Positions 38,228 to 47,920 are shown, counted from the first letter of the stretch. The stretch: 62,999 nucleotides of DNA from Bacteroidales bacterium (GCA_016926375.1 JAFGOR010000289.1:1-62999), one strand, 5' to 3'. Notes: a model not told the origin generated them from the sequence alone. Made by a program: numbers and translations.

Positions 38228-39469
38228 ATGAAAAAATTTCTGCTGACAGCAGCTTTGTTCATCATACCGATAGCTCTTTCTGCACAACAAAGAACACACC
38301 TGCCCTACTCGGTTTTCGGAATCGGGGAATTAACCCCCGACGGCCTCAACCGGAGTATGGCCCTGGGCCGAACAGGAATCGCCCTGTCATCCAACAGGTA
38401 TGTGAATAACATCAACCCTGCTTCCTATTCTCATATTGACAGCATTTCTTTCCTTTTTGATGTAGGTCTATCGGGTGATTTTGTAAAGTACGAGGCATCG
38501 GGACTAACGCAGCGAGGTAATGACATGAATATCCGGAATATTGCCCTTGGTTTCCGAATCATGCCCAAATGGTCGGCCAGTATCGGAATTGCACCCTACA
38601 GTACGGTTGGTTACAAAGTTATCACAGAAAAATACATTGATGGCACGTTTAATGAGGAATTTGAACTGGAAATGACCGGTACGGGAGGACTTAGCAGGTT
38701 CTACTGGGATAATTCATACCTGCTTTTTAAACGACTGAGTCTCGGCGTAAGCTTCACATACCTGTTCGGAAACATTGAAACTACAGAAACTGCTTCATTC
38801 AGCAATTTCACCAACGACATCATCTCGAAGCAGACTTCATATCTGAATAAAGTTTATGCAGATTTTGGCGTTCAGTATTACCACCCGGTTAATAAAAACC
38901 TCGATGTTACACTGGGAGCCATATTCGGAAACAGTCACAAATTAAACTTCAAACAGAGTATTCAAATATCTGCATCAGACGGAACTGTGGAACAGGACGA
39001 AATTACCCGAATAGGCAGCTTTAAATTGCCCATATATTACGGAGGTGGTTTGTCAGTCAGCTACAAAAATCAGCTGACATTAAGCGCAGATTATCTTTAT
39101 CACGACTGGTCAGCCACCAAATCTGACAATCCCGACTTCAACTATATGAGCAACCACTCCTTTAGGGCAGGAGCTGAATACGTACCCGGAAGAGTTAACA
39201 GGCTGGGTTATTTTGGAAGCATCGCTTACCGTGTAGGTTATTACTATGAGCAATCATACCTCCAGATAAGAGGAGCTTCGGCTGCTGATAACGGTATTTC
39301 ACTTGGTATGGGTCTGCCTTTCATGCAAAACAGAACTACCATAAACATTTCATATAACTTTGGAGTAAACGGAACCATGAATAACAGCATGATCAGGGAA
39401 ACTTACCACTCATTCCTGTTAAGTGTGGCCATGCACGACTGGTGGTTTATAAAAAGAAAATACGACTGA
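38228..39469 (+). CDS. Predicted outer-membrane beta-barrel protein (FadL-like or uncharacterised)
   Basis: Track ORF is 38210..39469. The ATG at 38228 gives a signal peptide (MKKFLLTAALFIIPIALSAQQ). Alternating strand pattern and an aromatic-rich C-terminus. Confidence 0.5.
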   Translation: MKKFLLTAALFIIPIALSAQQRTHLPYSVFGIGELTPDGLNRSMALGRTGIALSSNRYVNNINPASYSHIDSISFLFDVGLSGDFVKYEASGLTQRGNDMNIRNIALGFRIMPKWSASIGIAPYSTVGYKVITEKYIDGTFNEEFELEMTGTGGLSRFYWDNSYLLFKRLSLGVSFTYLFGNIETTETASFSNFTNDIISKQTSYLNKVYADFGVQYYHPVNKNLDVTLGAIFGNSHKLNFKQSIQISASDGTVEQDEITRIGSFKLPIYYGGGLSVSYKNQLTLSADYLYHDWSATKSDNPDFNYMSNHSFRAGAEYVPGRVNRLGYFGSIAYRVGYYYEQSYLQIRGASAADNGISLGMGLPFMQNRTTINISYNFGVNGTMNNSMIRETYHSFLLSVAMHDWWFIKRKYD

Positions 39470-39487
39470 TGCTGACCAACATAAAAC

Positions 39488-39517
39488 AAAAAACCACCCG
39501 ATGCAGGGTGGTTTTTT
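39488..39517. terminator. Bidirectional rho-independent terminator
   Basis: AAAAAACCACCC / loop GATGCA / GGGTGGTTTTTT, lying between convergent genes ending at 39469 (+) and 39544 (-). Confidence 0.85.
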
Positions 39518-39543
39518 GCTTATGCAGAGAAAACTGATACGGA

Positions 39544-39750
39544 TTAATAGGTGAACTGATACCTTTTCCTCAACTCTTTCTGAAAATCACCGATTTTTCT
39601 TTCCAGATCGGTAATCTCATTCTTAAGTTTAGAGGTATCATGCCCCTCTGATTCGAGCTCCCGAATGAATCGACGGTTGATGATGATTTTCTTCTGGCAT
39701 TCATAAATGCTTGAGATCAGACTTTTAATGTTGTACTTTACGTCAAGCAT
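39544..39750 (-). CDS. Small hypothetical protein (68 aa), predicted helical/coiled-coil
   Basis: ATG-initiated ORF with charged, heptad-like sequence (LKNEITDLERKIGDFQKELRK). It sits between two terminators as its own unit. No family was recognised. Confidence 0.35.
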   Translation of the reverse strand: MLDVKYNIKSLISSIYECQKKIIINRRFIRELESEGHDTSKLKNEITDLERKIGDFQKELRKRYQFTY

Positions 39751-39990
39751 GGCACATTTATTTGGTTAGTAGTATTGCACTTAATTACCCCGATTCAAAA
39801 AATCAAGAGAAGCACTTTGAAAATTTAAATCAAGCTAATTTAATACTTATTAACTACTTTATCAACAATTTTGTTTCAATTTAAGCAGCCTATTTTCGCT
39901 TTTCAGTCGCTTTTTTGACCAATGGTTAACAAACTGATTAGGTGATTATTATAAATGCATTTCCAACTTATTTTTGCCTTTAACTCCGAC

Positions 39991-40027
39991 CCAAAAAAAG
40001 AACCCCTGCAGTAACCAGCTGCAGGGG
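39991..40027 (-). terminator. Rho-independent terminator of the ABC exporter operon
   Basis: The minus strand reads CCCCTGCAG-CTGGTTA-CTGCAGGGG followed by TTCTTTTTTT, 70 nt downstream of the adaptor gene stop at 40097. Confidence 0.8.
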
Positions 40028-40096
40028 GCACTAACCTAAAATAAACCTAAAATTAAACACTAAAAGAACTAGCTGATTATCTGATATTTGGGTGTA

Positions 40097-41257
40097 TTAT
40101 CCTTGATTTTCAGTCTCTTTGGCCTTCTTTTCCTCTTCCCTCTTTTCGCCTTTTATTTTATCATTAATTCCCAAACCTTCTCTGATTTCGATGTTCACTC
40201 CGTCAGACAATCCTGTTTTAATGAACCGCTTCTCAAAAATCTGGGGTTGATTTTCTATTTCAACATAGGCAGAGTCTCCTTCTTTTTCAAATTTGATCAG
40301 ACTTTCAGGTATCACCATCACGCTGTCCTTCCTTTCGAGTACAATATCGGCATTGGCACTGTAACCGGCCCTGATGAATGAATTTTCCCTTATTTTTACA
40401 TCTGCTTTGATCTCGAATTGTATGGCACCATTTTCCTCTTTGCCTTTAGGAGATATATATTCAAGTTCGGCATCGAACTTCTCATCTTCAATGGCACCAA
40501 TGGACAAGATCAGGGGCATACCCAATTTCAGCTTACCAACTTCCGTTTCGTCCACCTTACCCTCGAAAATCATCTCACCCATATCCGCCACGCTGGCTAT
40601 GGTGGTTCCTTCATTAAAGGTATTGGATTCAATAACCGAATTGCCAACTTCAACCGGAACGTCAAGCACCATGCCTTCAATGGTGGATCGGATGAGTGTG
40701 TTGGTTGCCTGTCCTGATTTTTTTGAAACGCCTTCTTTAATCAGCTGCAGGTTCGATTCGGCAGTTTCCATTTCTTCCATGGCATTCATATAGCTCAGCC
40801 TGTATTGCTGGAATTCAGCCTCAGCAATAACACCCTGCTCATAAACTTTCTTCTGCCTGTCGTAAACAAGCCTGGAATCTTCGAAATTAATTTTTGCCCT
40901 ATTGTATCTTGACTCTGCATTATTCAATTCCACCATGTTCGGAATGATTTTAACCCGGGCAATCAGGTCACCTTTTTTCACATGGTTCCCTGCTTCAATA
41001 AAAACTTCTTCAACAATGCCGGATACCTGCGGTTTGATATCTATTTCCTTGCGCGGCACTACCGAACCTGTTGCTACTGTCTTTTTAATCACATTAGAAA
41101 CAAATGGCGACTTCACTTCATAAACAACCGGTTTTTTCTTCGATTTCTGGTATAAAAAAAACATGGTTCCCAGAATTGCTCCGATAACAATTACCAACAA
41201 AGAAATTTTCAGAATTTTTTTCATGGATATGATGCATTTTAAATTTTTACACTTCAT
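40097..41257 (-). CDS. Periplasmic adaptor subunit (HlyD/MacA family membrane-fusion protein)
   Basis: 386 aa. N-terminal TM anchor, lipoyl-like segments (VEEVFIEAGNHVKKGDLIARV), a coiled-coil hairpin, and a beta-barrel domain. ATGA start/stop overlap with the upstream permease gene. Confidence 0.85.
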   Translation of the reverse strand: MKCKNLKCIISMKKILKISLLVIVIGAILGTMFFLYQKSKKKPVVYEVKSPFVSNVIKKTVATGSVVPRKEIDIKPQVSGIVEEVFIEAGNHVKKGDLIARVKIIPNMVELNNAESRYNRAKINFEDSRLVYDRQKKVYEQGVIAEAEFQQYRLSYMNAMEEMETAESNLQLIKEGVSKKSGQATNTLIRSTIEGMVLDVPVEVGNSVIESNTFNEGTTIASVADMGEMIFEGKVDETEVGKLKLGMPLILSIGAIEDEKFDAELEYISPKGKEENGAIQFEIKADVKIRENSFIRAGYSANADIVLERKDSVMVIPESLIKFEKEGDSAYVEIENQPQIFEKRFIKTGLSDGVNIEIREGLGINDKIKGEKREEEKKAKETENQG

Positions 41258-42519
41258 TCAGCTCTTAAAGCTTCAACAGGTTTAATGCGCACTGCCTTTC
41301 TGGCTGGTATGAACCCGGCAAACAAACCGGCTCCGATCAGGACGGTTAATGCGGTTACCGCAATATCGAAATTCACCCCCGGGTTTTTGAACATTTCAGC
41401 TTCAGCGCCGGAGCTAACCATTTGATAATTGATCAACTCCAGGATGCCAACGCCCAGCACCAGTCCGATCATACCGGAAAGAGCCGTAAGCGTAACTGAT
41501 TCCATCAGAATCTGTCCGATTATTTTCCAGGGTGTGGCACCTATTGACCTTTGAATACCTATTTCTTTGGTACGTTCTTTAACCACAATCAGCATGATGT
41601 TGCTGACACCAATGACACCGGCAAACAGCGTACCGATACCCACAATCCATATCAGCATATTGATACCGGTAAAAAGGCCGTTCATCTGTTTGAACTCTTC
41701 TTCCAGGTTAAAATGCCCGAATGCCTGTTCATCCTCGGGAGCCACTTTATTTCTTGCCGCCAGCATCGTCAGCACCTTCTTTTCAACTACCGATACCTCA
41801 ATTTCATCTTTGGCAGTAACCGCAATAAAGTGTACGTCATCACCCATGTTATAAGCAATCTGCAATGAGGTGAAAGGCAAAAAAATGGTTTTTTCCTTGT
41901 CTTCACCAAAGCTGATGTTTTTGTTCTTGGGTTCATAAACACCCACCACCTGGAAATAAACACCCCGGATGCGGATGTATTTTCCGATGGGATCTTCTCC
42001 TTTAGCAAACAGTTCTTCCTTCACTCTGTTCCCAATCAAGGCAACCTTACGTTTTTCAATAATATCCAGGTCGTTGATCACCCTACCCGAGAGCAGGATA
42101 ACCGGATCGATCCTGAAATAATCGGGATAATCACCAAATATATCATAAGATGCAGTTTTTGTTCCCCGCACCACGTTGTTATCGCCGTTGCCCGACCAGG
42201 GTTGGAGCCTGGGTGCCAAATACCCTATTTCAGGAATACCCTCTTTAAGGGCTTTCATATCGGAGTTGTTAAACAACCAGTGCCGGCCCCGCGGTAATCC
42301 CTTATAAGGCATGGTGGTTTGCCGGGTCCAGATAAAAGCACTGTTGGTGGCAAAGTCCTGAAAACCATCAAAAACAGCATTTTTAAGTCCGTTGCCTGCA
42401 CCTGCCATGATAATCAGCATGAGAATGCCCCAAAATACGCCAAACGCCGTCATGAACGTCCGCAACTTATTGCTCTTGAGCGTACTGTATATTTCCTGCC
42501 ACCGGTCTCTGTCAAACAT
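41254..42519 (-). CDS. ABC transporter permease, MacB/FtsX family
   Basis: 421 aa. TM1 (FMTAFGVFWGILMLIIMAG), a large periplasmic domain, and C-terminal FtsX helices (KERTKEIGIQRSIGATPWKI...). Confidence 0.85.
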   Translation of the reverse strand: MFDRDRWQEIYSTLKSNKLRTFMTAFGVFWGILMLIIMAGAGNGLKNAVFDGFQDFATNSAFIWTRQTTMPYKGLPRGRHWLFNNSDMKALKEGIPEIGYLAPRLQPWSGNGDNNVVRGTKTASYDIFGDYPDYFRIDPVILLSGRVINDLDIIEKRKVALIGNRVKEELFAKGEDPIGKYIRIRGVYFQVVGVYEPKNKNISFGEDKEKTIFLPFTSLQIAYNMGDDVHFIAVTAKDEIEVSVVEKKVLTMLAARNKVAPEDEQAFGHFNLEEEFKQMNGLFTGINMLIWIVGIGTLFAGVIGVSNIMLIVVKERTKEIGIQRSIGATPWKIIGQILMESVTLTALSGMIGLVLGVGILELINYQMVSSGAEAEMFKNPGVNFDIAVTALTVLIGAGLFAGFIPARKAVRIKPVEALRAE

Positions 42520-42531
42520 CTTATGCTGGTA

Positions 42532-43761
42532 TTATTCGTCTCTCAATGCTACTACAGGCCTAATCCGCGAAGCCCTTAACGAAGGCATCAGTCCGGCCAG
42601 TGTTCCTGCAATCACCAATACGATAGTTGAAATAAGGGCAATGGAAAAGTCTACTTCCGGATTTACAAAAAACTGATTCTCAGGGATTACCGAAGACACC
42701 AGTTCCAGTGTGCCAATACCCAGCAGCAGACCCAGGTAACCGGCCAACCCGGTAATAAAAACCGATTCCAAAAGAATCATGCCAACAATTGAAAACGGGG
42801 TAGCTCCAATGGCTTTGCGGATACCTATTTCCTTGGTGCGCTCATTAACCACAATGATCATGATGTTGCTGACACCTACAATGCCTGCTATTATTGTAAA
42901 AGCTCCGATAATTGAAACAAAAATCTGGATGCTCAGGAAAAGATTGGTAAACATCTTAAATTCCTTAAGCGTGTTATAAGTCCACATGGCATTCATATCT
43001 TCCTTGTCGAACCGATGTCTTTCAGCAAAGTCAGCGCGAAGCTGTTTTTCAAATTCTTCGCTTTCCTTTGCTGAAAGGGTGCTGGTTATGGTCAGGTTTT
43101 GAATCCGGTTGGCTCCGCCCGAAATCATTTGTGCCGTGGTAATCGGAAGATAAACCCGCATTTCATCCCGCTCACTCTTATCGCTGAAAACGCCAACCAC
43201 CTGAAACGGCACATTGTTAATCTTGATGTATTCTCCTATGGGGTTCTTCCCGTTCTTAAACAGGGTTTTCTGAACCGGCCTGCCAATCACAGCAACTTTC
43301 CTTCGTTTTTGAATATCAATACTATTAACAAACCGACCTGATTCCATTTTGGCATTTTCAATTACCTGGTAATCCGGGTGCACACACGTCAGGTCATACA
43401 CGCCAAATTCCTTATTATAGGATATTACCCTGTTTTGCCACATGTAGTAACGGGCCGAAATTTTATCAACCCCCTTCATCCGGTCACGCACGTATTCATA
43501 ATCCTCGTCGGTAAACCTGATTTGGCGGCCCGATTTCAATCCCTCATAGGTTTTGCTGGTGGTACCGGGACCGAACCAGATGGTATTCACTGCATCCTGC
43601 CTGAATTGCGCCTCAATACCGTTCTGAAGTCCCTTTCCTGAACCCAGCAATATAATCAGCATGAAAATACCCCAGGCCACACTGAAACCGGTAAGAAAAG
43701 TCCTCATCCGGTTTTTGTTGATGGTACTCAGTATTTCCTGCCATTTATCTACATCAAACAT
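42532..43761 (-). CDS. ABC transporter permease, MacB/FtsX family (second copy)
   Basis: Track ORF is 42532..43785. The ATG at 43761 gives MFDVDKWQEILS..., parallel to MFDRDRWQEIYS of the paralog. The FtsX motif NERTKEIGIRKAIGATPFSI is present. Confidence 0.85.
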   Translation of the reverse strand: MFDVDKWQEILSTINKNRMRTFLTGFSVAWGIFMLIILLGSGKGLQNGIEAQFRQDAVNTIWFGPGTTSKTYEGLKSGRQIRFTDEDYEYVRDRMKGVDKISARYYMWQNRVISYNKEFGVYDLTCVHPDYQVIENAKMESGRFVNSIDIQKRRKVAVIGRPVQKTLFKNGKNPIGEYIKINNVPFQVVGVFSDKSERDEMRVYLPITTAQMISGGANRIQNLTITSTLSAKESEEFEKQLRADFAERHRFDKEDMNAMWTYNTLKEFKMFTNLFLSIQIFVSIIGAFTIIAGIVGVSNIMIIVVNERTKEIGIRKAIGATPFSIVGMILLESVFITGLAGYLGLLLGIGTLELVSSVIPENQFFVNPEVDFSIALISTIVLVIAGTLAGLMPSLRASRIRPVVALRDE

Positions 43762-43771
43762 AATCTGTGTA

Positions 43772-44476
43772 TTAAAAGGATACAACGGCTTTATAAGGCG
43801 ACTGATGGTAGGTAATGTTCTCTATGACTCCATCTTTGAGTTTGATGGAACGTTGTGTCCGATGAGCAATATCCTGCTCATGCGTAACTATAATAATGGT
43901 AATTCCTTCGTTGTTGATTTCCTGCATCAGATCCATTACTTCCATACTGGTTACCGAATCCAGTGCGCCGGTTGGTTCGTCGGCCAGGATCACTTTGGGT
44001 TTGCTGATCAGTGACCGGGCAATGGCAATACGCTGCTTCTGGCCACCCGAAAGTTCGCTGGGCAGGTGGGTCCACCAATCCCTCAGTCCAACCCGGTCAA
44101 GATACTCCATGGCAATCTGGTTCCTCTTCCTGCGGTTAACCCCCTGGTAGTATAGCGGAAGTGCTACATTTTCCAGTGCATTCTTAAAAGATATCAGGTT
44201 GAAGCTTTGAAATACAAAACCGATTGTCCGGTTTCTTAACTGGGCTGCTTTGGTTTCGTTAATGTCTTTTATCAGCATGCCATTCAAATGGTACTCTCCC
44301 GAATCATAATTATCCAGAATTCCCAACACATTCAGCAAGGTTGATTTGCCTGATCCGGATGCACCCATTATCGAAACCATTTCACCCTCTTCAATATCAA
44401 GACTGATTCCTTTAAGTACATGCAATGAATTGTTGCCGGTAACATAAGACTTATGCAAATTCTTGATGGAGATCAT
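43772..44476 (-). CDS. ABC transporter ATP-binding protein (MacB/LolD-type)
   Basis: Walker [11 protein letters not shown]-loop, signature LSGGQKQR, Walker [12 protein letters not shown], and H-loop VTHE. Confidence 0.92.
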   Translation of the reverse strand: MISIKNLHKSYVTGNNSLHVLKGISLDIEEGEMVSIMGASGSGKSTLLNVLGILDNYDSGEYHLNGMLIKDINETKAAQLRNRTIGFVFQSFNLISFKNALENVALPLYYQGVNRRKRNQIAMEYLDRVGLRDWWTHLPSELSGGQKQRIAIARSLISKPKVILADEPTGALDSVTSMEVMDLMQEINNEGITIIIVTHEQDIAHRTQRSIKLKDGVIENITYHQSPYKAVVSF

Positions 44477-44733
44477 GAAAATTTATTTTAGGTTAACGCT
44501 TAAATATCAAATTTCATACCATTCATTATATGTGTTTTACTATCTGTGTTTTAAACAAAAAAGTCTTCGAAATGGCGTCCCAAAGCCGGCCGCAAATTTG
44601 TATTATTCTGATACAGGCAATGTACGTTTCTGAACACTTTTAAAAAAAAACATCAGCTGACGCAACCCCGGGGAAACTTTTAACATCTGATAAGCAGCAT
44701 AACCAAAAAACGTAAATGTTTTAATTTAAACCC

Positions 44734-44741
44734 TAATTTTG
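44734..44741 (+). promoter_or_regulatory. Candidate -7 promoter box (TAnnTTTG) for the ECF sigma gene
   Basis: TAATTTTG, 15 nt upstream of the GTG at 44757. This would imply a very short leader. Confidence 0.35.
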
Positions 44742-44756
44742 ATTTGCAAATAAGGA

Positions 44757-45314
44757 GTGTATTTGGTTGACCATTTAAATAGAGTGATTCGGGGCTGTCA
44801 GGAAAACAAACCTGAAGCTCAAAGGGAGCTGTATGATATGTTCAAAACTAAGATGTTTGGAATATGCCTGAGGTATGCCGGAAACTATGACGATGCACAG
44901 GACGTGTTGCAGGATGGATTTATTAAAGTTTTTGAAAAAATCAATCAGTTCGGGTTTAAAGGGGCATTTGAAGGATGGATCAGGAAAGTAATGGTCAATA
45001 CCGCTTTGGAGAGGTACCGGATTCATTACCGGCAAGTGCCCGTTGATGAGCATATGTCTGAAATTGACCAGGAAGAAACAAAAAACGTCTTTTCAGATAT
45101 TGATGTTGCCGACCTGGTGAAAATTATTCAGGAATTATCGCCTCGTTACCGGGTTGTATTCAACATGTATGCGGTGGAAGGCTATTCCCATAAAGAAATC
45201 AGCGATATGCTGCAGATTTCCGAGGGAACATCCAAATCAAACCTTTCCAGGGCAAGAGCCATACTTCAGGAAAAGATTAGCAGGTATTATGTAAAATCGG
45301 TTCAAACCTACTGA
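44757..45314 (+). CDS. RNA polymerase ECF-type sigma-70 factor
   Basis: 185 aa with a GTG start. Region 2 (AQRELYDMFKTKMFGICLRYAGNYDDAQDVLQDGFIKVF) and region 4 (HKEISDMLQISEGTSKSNLSRARAILQ) are present. Confidence 0.9.
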   Translation: MYLVDHLNRVIRGCQENKPEAQRELYDMFKTKMFGICLRYAGNYDDAQDVLQDGFIKVFEKINQFGFKGAFEGWIRKVMVNTALERYRIHYRQVPVDEHMSEIDQEETKNVFSDIDVADLVKIIQELSPRYRVVFNMYAVEGYSHKEISDMLQISEGTSKSNLSRARAILQEKISRYYVKSVQTY

Positions 45315-45317
45315 GCC

Positions 45318-46781
45318 ATGGACAATAGAATGAAAAATATCGACAGGTTTTTCAATGAGCGGCTGGTGAACTATGAACAGGTTCCCCCCGATGCCAACTG
45401 GGAAAAGATTTCTCAAAGGCTTGGTCACAAGCCAAAAAAGCGTGCCGCCATACTGTTTCTCCGGATTGCAGCTGGCATGGCGCTGTTGCTTTCCACAGGC
45501 ATTGGTGTATATATGTTCACCAAACCCTACAGCAAGCCCGGCGCTCCTGCCATTTCAGCAAATCAGCATAATGAAATGAATTCGATTCACACAGAAACCA
45601 ATCCCGCTTCTGTTCAACCGACAACACCCAAACACAAAAATAGTATCCCCGGCTCAAATCGTTTAACTTCAGGAAAGCAAAACCCTTCAGGTAATCATTA
45701 CGCAACCGGAAAATCCGTAAAACCTGATTATCTATTAGTTGCAGCCTCTCCTGACAACAATTACAGGGCTGACAATGCCCGGCATCCTGAAAATGAGAAT
45801 TCAGCTGATTACTCTATGACCACACTTTCAGGTATATACCCTGATCACCTGCTGCAAAAAGATCTTGCAACTGAAATTCGTTTCAACCCGTTTCAATTAC
45901 CAACCGAAAATGTTACCATTACAGTACCTGATGCATATGCTGAAGCCTGCATTGAGGAAGATGTTCAGGCAAAAAAGCCTGATCGCTGGGCTATTGGAAG
46001 TGAAGTGGCCCCTTTATACTCATACCGTACCATCTCATCTGACGAACTGCAAGCTGTAACAATGGATGAACTTAACGATAAGGAATCCGGCCTGTTGGCC
46101 TATTCCGGCGGCATCAGAATTGCTTTTTCAACCGGAAAACGCCTGTCGGTTCAATCAGGTGTGTATTATTCACGATACGGACAGCAAACAGATAATATTG
46201 AAACGGTTGCCGTTAATTATCTCAGCACCATGCAGGGTAAACTGGAAAGCGAGACTTTTGTTTCGGTTGCCAATTCCACAGGCATCATCTCCAAAACAGG
46301 TGGCACAGCCGACAAAATAGGTCTGGTAGCCCCCGGCAGTTACGACGGAGCAAGTTATAGCAACCGCTATGATGCAGGATCCAGCGTAAATCCTGGCAGT
46401 TTTAGCGACGGTGAATCCGACATCACAATAACCCAGTATTTTGACTACCTGGAAGTTCCACTGGTGGTCAGGTATAAAATAATCGACCGAAAGATTGATT
46501 TTAACCTGATCGGGGGCGTGATCACCAATTTCCTGTTCAGCAACAAGGTGAACATTACCCGCAACGGAGATACTGAATTATTTGGAGAAACAACTGATAT
46601 CAACTACATCAACTACCAGGGGTCTGTGGGGATGGGAATTGAATACCCGGTCACATCAGGTTTTTCTTTTACCATGGAACCCCGGTTCAGGTATTACATC
46701 AATCCAATCGACAAAACCTCAGAAATTAACGTACATCCCTACTCATTCGGCTTTTATGCCGGATTCAACTATGTGTTTTAG
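45318..46781 (+). CDS. Sigma-coupled membrane protein: putative anti-sigma N-terminus, one TM segment, low-complexity linker, C-terminal beta-barrel-like domain
   Basis: It starts 3 nt after the sigma stop codon. About 45 cytoplasmic residues precede the TM segment (AAILFLRIAAGMALLLSTGIGVYMF). A ~170-aa P/N/S/T-rich segment follows. The last ~260 aa show an alternating strand pattern and end in FGFYAGFNYVF. Confidence 0.55.
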   Translation: MDNRMKNIDRFFNERLVNYEQVPPDANWEKISQRLGHKPKKRAAILFLRIAAGMALLLSTGIGVYMFTKPYSKPGAPAISANQHNEMNSIHTETNPASVQPTTPKHKNSIPGSNRLTSGKQNPSGNHYATGKSVKPDYLLVAASPDNNYRADNARHPENENSADYSMTTLSGIYPDHLLQKDLATEIRFNPFQLPTENVTITVPDAYAEACIEEDVQAKKPDRWAIGSEVAPLYSYRTISSDELQAVTMDELNDKESGLLAYSGGIRIAFSTGKRLSVQSGVYYSRYGQQTDNIETVAVNYLSTMQGKLESETFVSVANSTGIISKTGGTADKIGLVAPGSYDGASYSNRYDAGSSVNPGSFSDGESDITITQYFDYLEVPLVVRYKIIDRKIDFNLIGGVITNFLFSNKVNITRNGDTELFGETTDINYINYQGSVGMGIEYPVTSGFSFTMEPRFRYYINPIDKTSEINVHPYSFGFYAGFNYVF

Positions 46782-46922
46782 GACTTCAACTGTTCCTGTG
46801 AAGTAACGAAAACCTTTGTTTGATTCCTGTTCACGCCATAAAGCATGGCCATTTCAGTGCATCCCATTCACGTTATGTTGAAATTTGAATTGGGCATGCA
46901 GAAAAATCAAAATCCTTTTAAC

Positions 46923-46930
46923 TAACTTTG
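46923..46930 (+). promoter_or_regulatory. Candidate -7 promoter box (TAnnTTTG) for the lytic transglycosylase/uvrA unit
   Basis: TAACTTTG, 45 nt upstream of the ATG at 46976. Confidence 0.4.
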
Positions 46931-46975
46931 TAAAATTCCGTACAACCAATAAGATAATTTTTATACGGGAGAGAT

Positions 46976-47920
46976 ATGTCACAGGATCGTTTGATTTTTA
47001 AGTTGCGTCCATTCTTGTGTTTCACAGGAGCGTTGCTGGTTGTGGGTTTGTTGTTTTCTACTTTAAGCTTCACTGGAAACCAGAGCAGTACAAGCATGCC
47101 TTCACGCATGCCTTCAATGAATCAATCTTTCAGTCTGCCTGAAAAACTCGATTTTGCAGGAGAAGCAGTTCCACTGGGTAATTTCGACACACGTGAAAGC
47201 CTCGATAAAGAAATGCTCGTGAATGGCTATTGGCATTCACGGACGCTGATGGTTCTCAAAAAATCAAAGCGCTATTTTGAAACCATTGAACCCATTTTGA
47301 AAAAATACGGTGTGCCCGACGATTTCAAATACCTGGCCATGGCTGAGAGTGGATTGGAAAACGTGGTATCACCGGCAAAGGCAGTGGGAGTATGGCAGAT
47401 ATTGGAATCAACTGCAAAGGAATACGGCCTTGAGGTGAATACGCTGGTAGATGAAAGGTACGACCTGGCTAAGTCCACTGAAGCAGCCTGTAAATACCTC
47501 CTCGAATCGTATCACAAATACGGAAGCTGGACAATTGCTGCCGCTACTTATAACGCCGGAAGAGGTGGACTGGAAAACCAGATGAACAAGCAAAAAACAA
47601 GCAATTATTATGATTTGCTGCTGAATGACGAGACCGCCCGCTATGTGTTCAGACTGATAGCCCATAAGCTCATCACCGAAAATCCGTCGGATTATGGTTT
47701 CCAGATTGAAGACAACGATTATTACCCCCTTATCGCCACACATGAAGTAGCGGTTGATAAAGGCATTGAGAATATTGCCGACTTTGCACTCGAGCATGCA
47801 ACCAATTACAAAATCATCAAGCAGTTTAACCCCTGGCTCCGCCAGAACTACCTGCCTGACCATCCCAATAAGGTTTACAGAATTGTCATTCCCGACGAAG
47901 GCGAAAGAATAATTCAATAA
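46976..47920 (+). CDS. Lytic transglycosylase (SLT domain) protein
   Basis: 314 aa with an N-terminal anchor. SLT motifs are present: YLAMAESGL (catalytic Glu-Ser), AVGVWQILESTAKEYGL, and AATYNAG. Confidence 0.8.
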   Translation: MSQDRLIFKLRPFLCFTGALLVVGLLFSTLSFTGNQSSTSMPSRMPSMNQSFSLPEKLDFAGEAVPLGNFDTRESLDKEMLVNGYWHSRTLMVLKKSKRYFETIEPILKKYGVPDDFKYLAMAESGLENVVSPAKAVGVWQILESTAKEYGLEVNTLVDERYDLAKSTEAACKYLLESYHKYGSWTIAAATYNAGRGGLENQMNKQKTSNYYDLLLNDETARYVFRLIAHKLITENPSDYGFQIEDNDYYPLIATHEVAVDKGIENIADFALEHATNYKIIKQFNPWLRQNYLPDHPNKVYRIVIPDEGERIIQ

